A DNA stretch of 63,748 bases, filler included, from Octopus bimaculoides (taxonomy: Eukaryota): NCBI RefSeq assembly GCF_001194135.2. It is 11 parts of 11 records of this genome, joined end to end, with 100 filler letters (N's around TTAATTAATTAA, not from the genome) between each part and the next. Parts side by side here need not be neighbours in the genome. Positions count along the whole stretch, not along the records: positions 51,364 to 55,898 come from NC_068984.1; positions 55,999 to 58,520 come from NC_068995.1; positions 58,621 to 59,982 come from NW_026316675.1; positions 60,083 to 62,195 come from NC_068982.1; positions 62,296 to 63,748 come from NC_068991.1; 6 more parts are not named here. The stretch is one strand, 5' to 3'. Below, one piece after another: positions 53,990 to 63,748 of this stretch. The notes below the pieces were generated by a model, which searched no databases, was not told the origin of the DNA, and worked only from the letters and a program-made list of their open reading frames with translations. How positions within the stretch are numbered: position 1 is the first letter of the stretch; each line of letters opens with the position of its first letter. Made by a program: the position numbers and the translations under genes.

Positions 53990-55345
53990 AGAAGCAAATG
54001 ACTCGTGAATCAGTTGTAGAATTTTGCCGAATAAATCCTCGTTAATCAGCTGACAGCTCTACAATTGTTACACATCTCTCGGTGCCCGGTAAGGTCTTTT
54101 TCCATGCTTATTCTGAACAAAGTGCGAAATCATCTGCTCGCATCCCAGCAGCCGGAGATGTCAGAGTTCAGGCCAAAGAGATTGATTACTGACAGGACTC
54201 TGGCTCTTCGTGTACTCATCGAACACAAGCGGAGCTTTCAGCAGGGGCTGCTTTTGAATCTTGCGTTGACTTCTGCAAGGCATTTGATTTGGTGGACAGG
54301 GAAGTTGCTTTGGAGGATTCTGGATCTGTGAGATGTACCTCCTCGACAGATTGGACTGATGATGGCCTTCTACACTGGAACAGTCAGTACAGTTTGGATT
54401 GGGGAGCTCAACATCTGACATTTCTCCAGGCAGATCTAGGGTCCGTCAGGGTTGTGTCTTGGCTCCTACCGTGTTCAATACTTGCATGGATTGGATATTT
54501 GGCCAAACAGTGGCTCAATCAAGTTGTGGTGCACTCATTGGCGAAACTAGGATTACAGACTCAGATTATTCTAATAACACAGTTAATCTTGCTGTTTTTC
54601 TGGATGCCCTAAGGTATGCTCTCTTTTGACTGCAAAGAAGCAGAGCCACTTGGCCTGAGAGTTTCTTGGGTCAGGACGAAAATCCAGTCCTTTGTTGGCT
54701 TCTCAGTGGACTCTGTCGTGTTTGTCTGTTATGGGTGATAATGTTGAAGTTGTTGACCACTTCACTTACCTCGGCAGTAAGATTCATTGCAACATTGGCT
54801 TCAAGTCCGAAGCTTCAAAGAGATTCGAACAAGTTGGTTCAGCGGACAGGGATGTTTGGTGCTGCCAATATCTGTGGAGGAGGACAAAGGTTCGGGTCTT
54901 TAGGTCTCTGATCCTCCCTGTCCTGCTTTGTAGTTATGAGACTTGGACACAATCTGGGGCTCCCTAGGAGCTGCCTGGACTCCTTTGGTACCAGGACGCT
55001 TCGCATGGTTATGGGTTATCATTGGTCAGATTTCATATCCGACCAACGTCTCTACTCAGAAACTGAAATGCATCCTGTTATTTATATGATTTGGGAGCGC
55101 CAGCTCAGACTGGTTGGCCTTGTTGCTTGATTTTCTGAGTCAGACCAGTTGACGGATCGTGTTAGTCGACCACAAGCTACATGGTTGCAGCATATGAGGA
55201 GGTATCTCGTGGAGATGGGAACTAACTGAGATTCTATTCTGCTTGATGGGTCACCCACGAGGATCCGGGAATCGACCCACAAATGGTGAATGCAGCAACG
55301 CGCTGCAATGGCGCTTTCCTCTTCCCACATACACACACCTGATCT
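53990..55345 (+). mobile_element. 5'-truncated RTE-clade LINE (RT domain to 3' end), decayed
   Basis: Translated pieces ILNKVRNHL...EFRPKRLITDRTLALRVLIEH, VRQGCVLAPTVFNTCMDW, VEVVDHFTYLGS and RTKVRVFRSLILPVLLCSYETWT are characteristic RTE RT motifs. Confidence 0.9.
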
Positions 55346-55800
55346 AATCAGTTGACTTATCTTATTTGGGGTACAATATCAGATATCTGTTAAGAGCAAT
55401 TTCGTACCATATTCTGTATACGGCAGAATAAGCTCAAATATCTAATTAGGTTTTAGGTGTGGCCTCAATGAAGTTAGACAGATTGGAATGATGACTTGTT
55501 GTAGCTAATGCTTTATCATCTTGTTTTTAATTACCATTATTCTTTGAATTGAAGCATAACGTCCGTTTGATGTTGAAACGCTTATCAGAAATGGTGAATG
55601 AGAAAATTTTTCCTGTCGCATCTTGTCCAAGAGCCGTAGTCCTTTATGGATCCTAGAGTTTATAAATGGTCAGGTATCGAACGAGAATGCAGTATTTTAG
55701 GGATCTAGAAAGAGATTTTCGTGAAATCCAAGAAACAATCCAGAAAAATTGGGATATGGGATACAAATGTGGGGTTGCCATGAAAGATGATCAAATCTGA
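55345..55800 (-). mobile_element. highly decayed Penelope-like RT fragment
   Basis: Minus translation FVSHIPIFLDCFLDF...AFSFDT*PFINSRIHKGL...DKRFNIK loosely follows the PLE RT motif order. Confidence 0.35.
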
Positions 55801-55831
55801 CATTTATAATGATCTTGGTGTGGTTTAATTG

Positions 55832-55898
<67 letters not shown>

Positions 55899-56159
55899 NN
55901 NNNNNNNNNNNNNNNNNNNNNNNNNNNNNNNNNNNNNNNNNNTTAATTAATTAANNNNNNNNNNNNNNNNNNNNNNNNNNNNNNNNNNNNNNNNNNNNGT
56001 GTATTAAATGTATATATTATATTATTTTATTCAAATGATCTTCTAAAAACTACCCGTTTCTCCTCCTACAAGGTACCCTAATATGCAAGAAAACGATCAT
56101 CAAATCATTATTTTAGTTAACACAGTGTTATGTGTGAGTGTGTGAATACGTGTGTGTAT

Positions 56160-56193
<34 letters not shown>

Positions 56194-56204
56194 TGCTTGC
56201 TGCT

Positions 56205-56497
56205 CGCTTGCTTCATGTTCATGCTTGATGGGTTTGGTATCATCCCAGGTTAGTGGTCCCAGGAAATGTCATCATGCGTAAAGCTAACTAAGTCTGTCAG
56301 TGCTCTCCATGGCTGGTGGTCCCGTGCCATCCCCTCTGCATCCGCCAAGGTGTCGTCAAGCCTTCGGAGATCTTCCCTAATCACGTCCGGCCATCTGGTC
56401 GGGGCCTGCCACGAGGCCTCTTGCAGCCCTTAGCTGCTGCATCGAATGAGAATAAAGCCTTGGTAGGATGATCTACTGGGAGACGGAGGACATGTCC
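56205..56497 (-). mobile_element. RTE-clade LINE 3' end
   Basis: Minus translation GHVLRLPVDHPTKALF...KRPRGRP(fs)RWPDVIREDLRRL...ARDHQPWRAL. Confidence 0.85.
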
Positions 56498-56499
56498 AT

Positions 56500-56910
56500 A
56501 TCTTTTATCGTTCACTTGTTTCAATCTTTAGACTGCAGCTGTACTGGGACACCACCTTTTTAGTTGAATGAATCGATCCCAGTACCGTTTTTAAGCCCGG
56601 TACCTATTCTATCGGTCGCTTTTGCCGAACTGCTAGATTATAGAGATAAACGTACCAATACCAATTGTCCAGCGGTGGTTGTGGATAAACACAGATACAA
56701 AGACACACAAATAAATACCTACTTACACACACACACGGCGATAAATACCTACTTACACACACACACACACACACACGGCGAGTTTCTACACAATCACCGT
56801 CTACTCGGGCTTATAGCAGAAAGCACTTAACCAAGGTGCCTCGCAGTAGGGCCGAACCCGGAACCGTGTAGTCGAGAAGAAAACTTCTAGCTACATAGCC
56901 ACGCACGCGC
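56500..56910 (-). mobile_element. SINE family A, near full length
   Basis: Tail and head both match family A in reverse, with an internal (CA)n. Confidence 0.75.
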
Positions 56911-56929
56911 CAAATTTAAATTTGGATAT

Positions 56930-57850
56930 ATTTGAATGTCTAGAAATTCAACTACCCTGTGACATGAACACCATACTTCCTTTTTCAACGCAGCGCATCT
57001 TTCGAGCTTTTCAACATTGCATTTTCCTTACAGTCCAAGAAATATTCCCTCCTTGTCATTGGCATCTGAGAGCTTTGGAATCACAAAGCGAGTTCTTCGA
57101 AAAGTTTCTCTTCCAAAATCTAAGAGATTTACAAATTGTTTTATCAATACTGGTTTCATATGAAAATGTAGGTAGCAACATTCTTTCCAGGTTCCAAACC
57201 TTTCTGCGGTAATTCTTTTCGCTTCTGCGAGGCACTGACTTGTCCGATTATGACCTCTATTGATCCTGATGTCCCCTAAAACTAAGAAAATATGAATATT
57301 TGGTATTGTCTCATTGTGAAACGAACGTAAAGGCAAGGAACTTGAAATCTCATCCAACACGTTGCACTTAAATTCTACTTCGACGGTTTTGGCCAGTAGC
57401 GGCTGTTTAAACAAACTCAATCCATTTTTCACCTTCATTTCCCCCCCAGTGTGCAAAGGATACAGAAGCAAAACAGCTTTGAGGTTTCGAGATGAGCTGC
57501 CTATGAACAATGGCCTTCGACGTGGTCTTGCTCCTGTGCAACAACAGCAGTCAAACTATTCCTGCCTTCACAGTACCAAAGATTTTCAATGACATCAAAT
57601 TGCAAATTCTGTCTGAATTTTAGGTCACAGTAGTTCTGGCACTAACTCCCATTCTCTTATAATCTGGATGTTTTTATTTTGTAAAATCCAAAAACCCTTA
57701 ATCACTTCATCCAAATTACCTTTTTCTCTTTTTTGTTTGGAAACTGAGAACATGGACTGATTCTTGGCATCAATATTCCAACCATTTTTTAATTGCCAAT
57801 TCAGATGGGGAAATCATATTAGCTTCTGTGTGAGGTAAAGGAAAATTACG
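56930..57850 (-). mobile_element. decayed DNA transposase fragment, Chapaev3-like (CMC group)
   Basis: ORF 57028-57510 contains LFIGSSSRNLKAVLL, LHFHMKPVLIKQFVNLLD and PKLSDANDKEGIFLG. These are degenerate forms of FIDSSKRSLKAVLL, LHIKLGLMKQFVKAL and PKLSDAKIKEGIFVGP. The superfamily name is from recall. Confidence 0.7.
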
Positions 57851-58184
57851 ATGACTATTAGAACCAAAATATTAATAGTTAATTACAAGTTGAAGAGTTA
57901 TCTCACATTAAGGAAATTCATTGTGATCATCAATAGGATTTATATATTCAAAGTAACTTTCTTTTATTATTACTAGTTCATTTAGTAAGTGGTAATTGTA
58001 CTTCTAAATCACTAAGAATTTGTAAACTCACCTTACAACTTCTTCAGAACTTAGAGTACAAGTGATATAGTGACATAGTTAGATGTGGTATTTATTATAC
58101 TTGCTGATGGTAGTGTTACTGAAACGCTTTTATCACAAAAAACAAATGTCATAGAAAGAAAATATGTATATCTGCAATATATCT

Positions 58185-58355
58185 GCGCAGGAGTGGCTGT
58201 GTGGTAAGTAGATTGCTTAACAACCACATGGTTCCGGGTTCAGTCCCACTGCCTGGCATCTTGGGCAAATGTCTTCTACTATAGCCTCGGGCCGACCAAA
58301 GCCTTGTGAGTGGATTTGGTAGACGGAAACTGAAAGAAGCCCGTCGTATATATGT

Positions 58356-58395
<40 letters not shown>

Positions 58396-58520
58396 TTGTG
58401 TGTCTGTGTTTGTCCCCCTCAACATCGCTTGACCACCGATGTTGGTGTGTTTACGTCCCCGTAACCTAGCGGTTCGGCAAAAGATAGAATAAGTACTAGG
58501 CTTACAAAGAATAAGTCCTG
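58185..58520 (+). mobile_element. SINE family A, well-preserved copy truncated by a gap
   Basis: GCGCAGGAGTGGCTGTGTGGTAAG (A box), GGGTTCAGTCCC (B box), CTTGGGCAAATGTCTTCTACTATAGCC, internal (TA)n(TG)n, 3' module. Confidence 0.9.
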
Positions 58521-59194
58521 NNNNNNNNNNNNNNNNNNNNNNNNNNNNNNNNNNNNNNNNNNNNTTAATTAATTAANNNNNNNNNNNNNNNNNNNNNNNN
58601 NNNNNNNNNNNNNNNNNNNNGTTGAAATCAAATGAATAAAACAAGTAAACGATAAATACGCGCGCGCGCGTGTGTGTCTGTGTCTGTGTTCATGTATGTG
58701 TGTGTGTATAAAGAGAGAGGGAGAGAGGGAAACGCGGGCACAAATATGCACGCAGAAATACACACTCACGCGCGCGAGACATTTAGGAGAACTGTAAGAA
58801 TCAATTGTTGATAAACTCAAGTAAATAACTTAGTAAAAAAACCACGCGAACTAGACAACGTATGGCAATATAATTTACTTACAGCTGTTCACACATGAAA
58901 TAGCTACTATTACTAATAACAATTTGTACAGCATGATGGTCAGTTGGTTTTTCTTTTCTCAGCCTCTTGGAGATTGGTGATGGTTGTCTTGTAAAACAAG
59001 GACATGTTTGAGAAACGTCTTACAAGAGCTCCCTATATAGCTCTAAGTAAACGTGATCAATTATTTTAATTGAAACTCATTTGGTTTAACTATTTTATAA
59101 TCACAAATTTTTCCTGCAAAATAAACTGTTCAGAAATAGGTGGATCCTTTTTCCTTGCCATTTTATAGATTGATTCAATAATCTTTCTTTTATC

Positions 59195-59577
59195 TTTTAC
59201 TTGCTTCAGTCATTAGACTGCAGCCATGCTGGGGCAGCGCCTTGAAGAATTTATAGTCGAATGTATTGATCCAAGTACTTTTTTAAAAGCCTGGTTCTAT
59301 CGGTTCTGATAGCCGAACCACTAACTTACGGGGATATTAGCACACCAACACCAATTGTCAAGCGGTTGAAGGGGGAGACAAGCTCAAACACACATACATA
59401 TATAAATATATATACGACGGGCTTCTTCCAGTTTCCATCTACCAAATCCACTCACTAGGCTTTAGTCGGCCCGTGATTATAGCAGAAGACAGTTGCCCAA
59501 GGCGCCATGCAGTAGGAATGAACTGCAATCATGTGTTTGCGAAGCAAGCTTCTTACCACACTGCCACGCCTGCGTCT
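59195..59577 (-). mobile_element. SINE family A, near full length
   Basis: Reverse-complement match to 58185-58520 plus the tail. Confidence 0.85.
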
Positions 59578-60082
59578 ATGAATATGTTAATCTCACATGT
59601 TAGGTCATGTGTTCACAAACACTAAAAGCAATGTAAAAAACTTGTTGAAGTATACACTATATACATTGATACCAAAAATCCAAATGACGCCGTTCAAGCT
59701 TTCGTACAATTCTTGGGAAAATACTTTTGTAAATTTTCTGAACATTAAATGCACGCCCCCAATCCAAAGAAAATAATTTAATTTAGATTCACGTGTCTTC
59801 CCACATGTAAGTCGAAGTCGTATTATCCAGTTTAAAAATTTTTGGCTTCCTCTTATACTTTTCTTTCATGACACTTTCATACAAACTTTAATTGCGTGTG
59901 ACATCATCTTCTGATACTGAAACCCGAGATACATTTTCTTCCAGACAATTTTTATATCGACTACATGATTTCTATCATAGGCNNNNNNNNNNNNNNNNNN
60001 NNNNNNNNNNNNNNNNNNNNNNNNNNTTAATTAATTAANNNNNNNNNNNNNNNNNNNNNNNNNNNNNNNNNNNNNNNNNNNN

Positions 60083-60140
<58 letters not shown>

Positions 60141-61106
60141 TCTATCTCATTTTTCGCTTTTCGCATGGTAAACTTCCCCACCTCTCTATACATATTTACC
60201 ACACTCTCTCTCACTCTCTATAAAAGTAATATATCGCTCACGTTGAGAGTGTGTATGTGTGTTTGTAAGTGTATGTGCATGCATGTGTGAAAGAGATTTC
60301 ATTAGGGCGACAGAATGATTTAATGGATTCTAGACGAAATTATAATATAAATTTCCTCTTTACTAATCTGTACTATTTTAAAAGTGGATTTCAGAGCTTT
60401 GTTAAGAAGAATTTATGATATCGAATAGTTGTCAATATCAAATTCTAAGAATTATGCGCGCTTTTTGTCTTGTAGTGTGCTAAACCAACTGAGTTCTTCA
60501 TCTGTATTTTTCCGTAATGAGATCAATTTTTTTCATATATTTTGGGGATGATTTTATCCAGTACCTGCTAGCTAGCATCTTCCTCCTACGTTCGATTGAG
60601 AAGGAAAACTAAATCTAACAGTTCAGTTTCAACTGAAATTATTCTTGTGATCCTTCAAGGTTAAGTTTCAAGGTTTTAGATATGAAAGGTTCGATTTTAT
60701 CCGCTAATCTTAATATACTTACGATAGAATATCTTCCTTGTTAATATTATCAAAGATTTTATTGTTGGGACTTATTTTTTTAATTTCGGTATTATTCCTT
60801 TAGGATGAAGTTATTGTACGCAGTATAATCACTAGAGTACAAGTTCCCTGCTTTATCAGATTATTTTTTCATTACAATTTTTCTTTACTTTAGATATCCT
60901 TAATAACCTTCATGCATATAAGAACATAGATATATTTGCCCATATTTAGACATAGATTATTATATATGCTTATAGATGAATGCATATGCTGGTATAGATG
61001 GAGAATATGCAAACGGAACCTTTCCCCACTTAAGCTTTTTTCTCCGGAATCCCACGTTTTAGGCTATGGAGATTCCGATTCTGAAAAAATATTTTCAAAA
61101 ATATCT

Positions 61107-61268
61107 TGCCTTCGACACAAAATTCCTTTTGTTCGCAAAACAAAAGGAATTTTGTATCGAAGGCAATCATTTGACCATGATTCCAACGGTCAAATGATTC
61201 TCTTTTAGAGTTGTGCACACGTGCGCAAAAAGGAACAATTTGACCGTTGGAATCATGGTCAAATGATT
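61107..61268. repeat. nested inverted repeats (foldback-like)
   Basis: 27-bp arms 61107-61133/61139-61165 (1 mismatch); 12-bp arms 61165-61176/61188-61199; perfect 31-bp arms 61165-61195/61238-61268. Confidence 0.85.
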
Positions 61269-61888
61269 NNNNNNNNNNNNNNNNNNNNNNNNNNNNNNNN
61301 NNNNNNNNNNNNNNNNNNNNNNNNNNNNNNNNNNNNNNNNNNNNNNNNNNNNNNNNNNNNNNNNNNNNNNNNNNNNNNNNNNNNNNNNNNNNNNNNNNNN
61401 NNNNNNNNNNNNNNNNNNNNNNNNNNNNNNNNNNNNNNNNNNNNNNNNNNNNNNNNNNNNNNNNNNNNNNNNNNNNNNNNNNNNNNNNNNNNNNNNNNNN
61501 NNNNNNNNNNNNNNNNNNNNNNNNNNNNNNNNNNNNNNNNNNNNNNNNNNNNNNNNNNNNNNNNNNNNNNNNNNNNNNNNNNNNNNNNNNNNNNNNNNNN
61601 NNNNNNNNNNNNNNNNNNNNNNNNNNNNNNNNNNNNNNNNNNNNNNNNNNNNNNNNNNNNNNNNNNNNNNNNNNNNNNNNNNNNNNNNNNNNNNNNNNNN
61701 NNNNNNNNNNNNNNNNNNNNNNNNNNNNNNNNNNNNNNNNNNNNNNNNNNNNNNNNNNNNNNNNNNNNNNNNNNNNNNNNNNNNNNNNNNNNNNNNNNNN
61801 NNNNNNNNNNNNNNNNNNNNNNNNNNNNNNNNNNNNNNNNNNNNNNNNNNNNNNNNNNNNNNNNNNNNNNNNNNNNNNNNNNNNNNNN

Positions 61889-61935
<47 letters not shown>

Positions 61936-62073
61936 TTACTGTATAAAGGTAACGCGTGCGTTCTGTCGTGATAAAACAATATAGGAGTATATGCATGTAT
62001 ATGCATGTATATGTACATGTATGTATATACGTTCATCCACATGTACATATAGATACATAACTGGGTACATGAC

Positions 62074-62195
62074 GTGGCAAAAGAACAAGGACAAAAATGG
62101 TAAACAAGGTGCAACAAACAAGCAGGCCACATAGAAACATCCCCTGCTTGTTTGTTGCACCTTGTTTACCATTTTTGTCCTTGTTCTTTTGCCAC
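62074..62195. repeat. perfect 53-bp inverted repeat with 16-nt spacer abutting a gap
   Basis: 62074-62126 is the exact reverse complement of 62143-62195. Confidence 0.9.
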
Positions 62196-62700
62196 NNNNN
62201 NNNNNNNNNNNNNNNNNNNNNNNNNNNNNNNNNNNNNNNTTAATTAATTAANNNNNNNNNNNNNNNNNNNNNNNNNNNNNNNNNNNNNNNNNNNNTGTGC
62301 ACCTGTGTGATATTGATACAAGTGTATGTATGTGTGTGTGTGTGTGTGTGTTCGAGTCTGTGTGTGTGTGTGTTCGAGTCTGTGTTTGTCTTCCACCACA
62401 GCTTGACAACCGATGCTGTTATCTTTACATCCCTGTAACTTAGAGGTTCGGTATCAGATACCGACAGAGTAAGTACCAGGTTAAAATCAAATTAATACTT
62501 GGATCGATTCATTCAAGGTAGTGCCCTAGCATGGCTATAGTCTAATGATTAAAAGAAATAAATGATATAATGATACACCAGATAGTAAATTGCTATCGCA
62601 TTCACACATATACACATATTCATATACGCATGTGTTTGTACATGTCCGTGTATGCTTTCTGGAATAGTATATCTTTAATGATTTAATAATTTCAGTCATT

Positions 62701-63125
62701 AAGGCGGCGAACTGGCAGAAACGTTAGCACACTGGTTGAAATGCTTAGCAGTATTTCGTCTGCCGTTACGTTCTGAGTTCGAATTCTGCCGAGGTCGACT
62801 TTGCCTTTCATCCTTTTGGAGTCGATTAAATAAGTTCCAGTTACGCACTGGGGTGGATATAATCGACTTAGTCCGTTTGTCTGTTCTTGTTTGTCCCCTC
62901 TCTGTGTAGCCCTTTGTGGACAGTAAAGAAATAAGAAACGTTGGCACGCCGGGCGAAATGCTTAGCGGTATTGCGTCTGCCGTTACGTTCTCAGTTCAAA
63001 TTCCGCCGAGGTCAGCTTTGCCTTTCATCCTTTCGGGGTCAATAAATTAAGTATTAGTTGCATACTTGATTCGATCTAATCGACTGGACTTCGCTTCAAA
63101 AAATTGGGGCCTAGTGCCTAGATTA
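62701..63125 (+). mobile_element. two tandem SINE family B copies
   Basis: GGCGGCGAACTGGCAGAAACGTTAGCAC ... GAGTTCGAATTCTGCCGAGGTCGACTTTGCCTTTCATCC; a second copy starts at about 62935. Confidence 0.9.
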
Positions 63126-63344
63126 GAAAAGAATACTTACAGCCATTGGACTGCGGGACACTGACTTGAAGGTCATAACCGAACTAATCGCTCCAAATAC
63201 TTGCTTTTTCAAAGTTTGTCCTCATTCTATTTCACAAACCTCTAAATTCCTTAAATAGACCAACACAGTTCCTAAAACTTTGGAGGAGGGGACAAACACA
63301 TGCACACACACATGCATACATACATATATATGTGTATAAATGCT

Positions 63345-63378
<34 letters not shown>

Positions 63379-63588
63379 TATATACATACATATATATATA
63401 TATGTTACATATATACTATATCATACCTTGATACTATGTGGACTAAGATCCCCGTTGACAGGTTGCTGGTATTTATAGAGTATTAATCACTTTCCATGTG
63501 CAAATTAGGGATTCCTTCATAGAGTAACTGCTGCATTTATTGAGTATATAAACAGTTTGGCTGCTTGTTTCTCTGGAGATTATCAGAA

Positions 63589-63650
63589 TGATGTAGACGC
63601 CTCTGATGAGAGCCCAATAAGGTTCGAAAATCGATTAAGGGTGTGCATCA
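63589..63650 (+). ncRNA. minimal type I hammerhead ribozyme motif with extended helix I
   Basis: Helix I ACGCCT/AGGGTGT (one bulge) plus TGATGT/GCATCA; CTGATGA 63603-63609; helix II GAGCC/GGTTC with CAATAA loop; GAAA 63626-63629; palindrome ATCGAT; UUA triplet 63635-63637. Confidence 0.75.
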
Positions 63651-63712
63651 TTTTTTTGTCAGACTGCGGAGAAATGGCTAAAATTTGCCTTGTTTATAAG
63701 TATACCATGTGT

Positions 63713-63748
<36 letters not shown>

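Overview
AT-rich, microsatellite-dense animal genomic DNA with many N gaps. The SINE repertoire and gap style point to a cephalopod, probably Octopus (inference). Only three host protein-coding exons are supported, all phase 1-1 on the + strand. They encode an LDL-receptor class A repeat, an EGF repeat and the start of a YWTD beta-propeller, so they belong to an LRP/LDLR-family gene. The rest is intronic or intergenic. It contains at least three tRNA-derived SINE families (many copies), a decayed full-length mariner, MITEs, RTE LINE fragments, a decayed Penelope-like element and a Chapaev-like transposase remnant. The most notable observation is four well-formed and several degenerate minimal type I hammerhead ribozyme motifs from apparently unrelated families. 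The four good ones all lie on the + strand and each has a different palindromic helix III. There are also several inverted-repeat and foldback structures. Most listed ORFs are microsatellite or gap artefacts. Repeat boundaries are approximate unless TSD/TIR coordinates are given.
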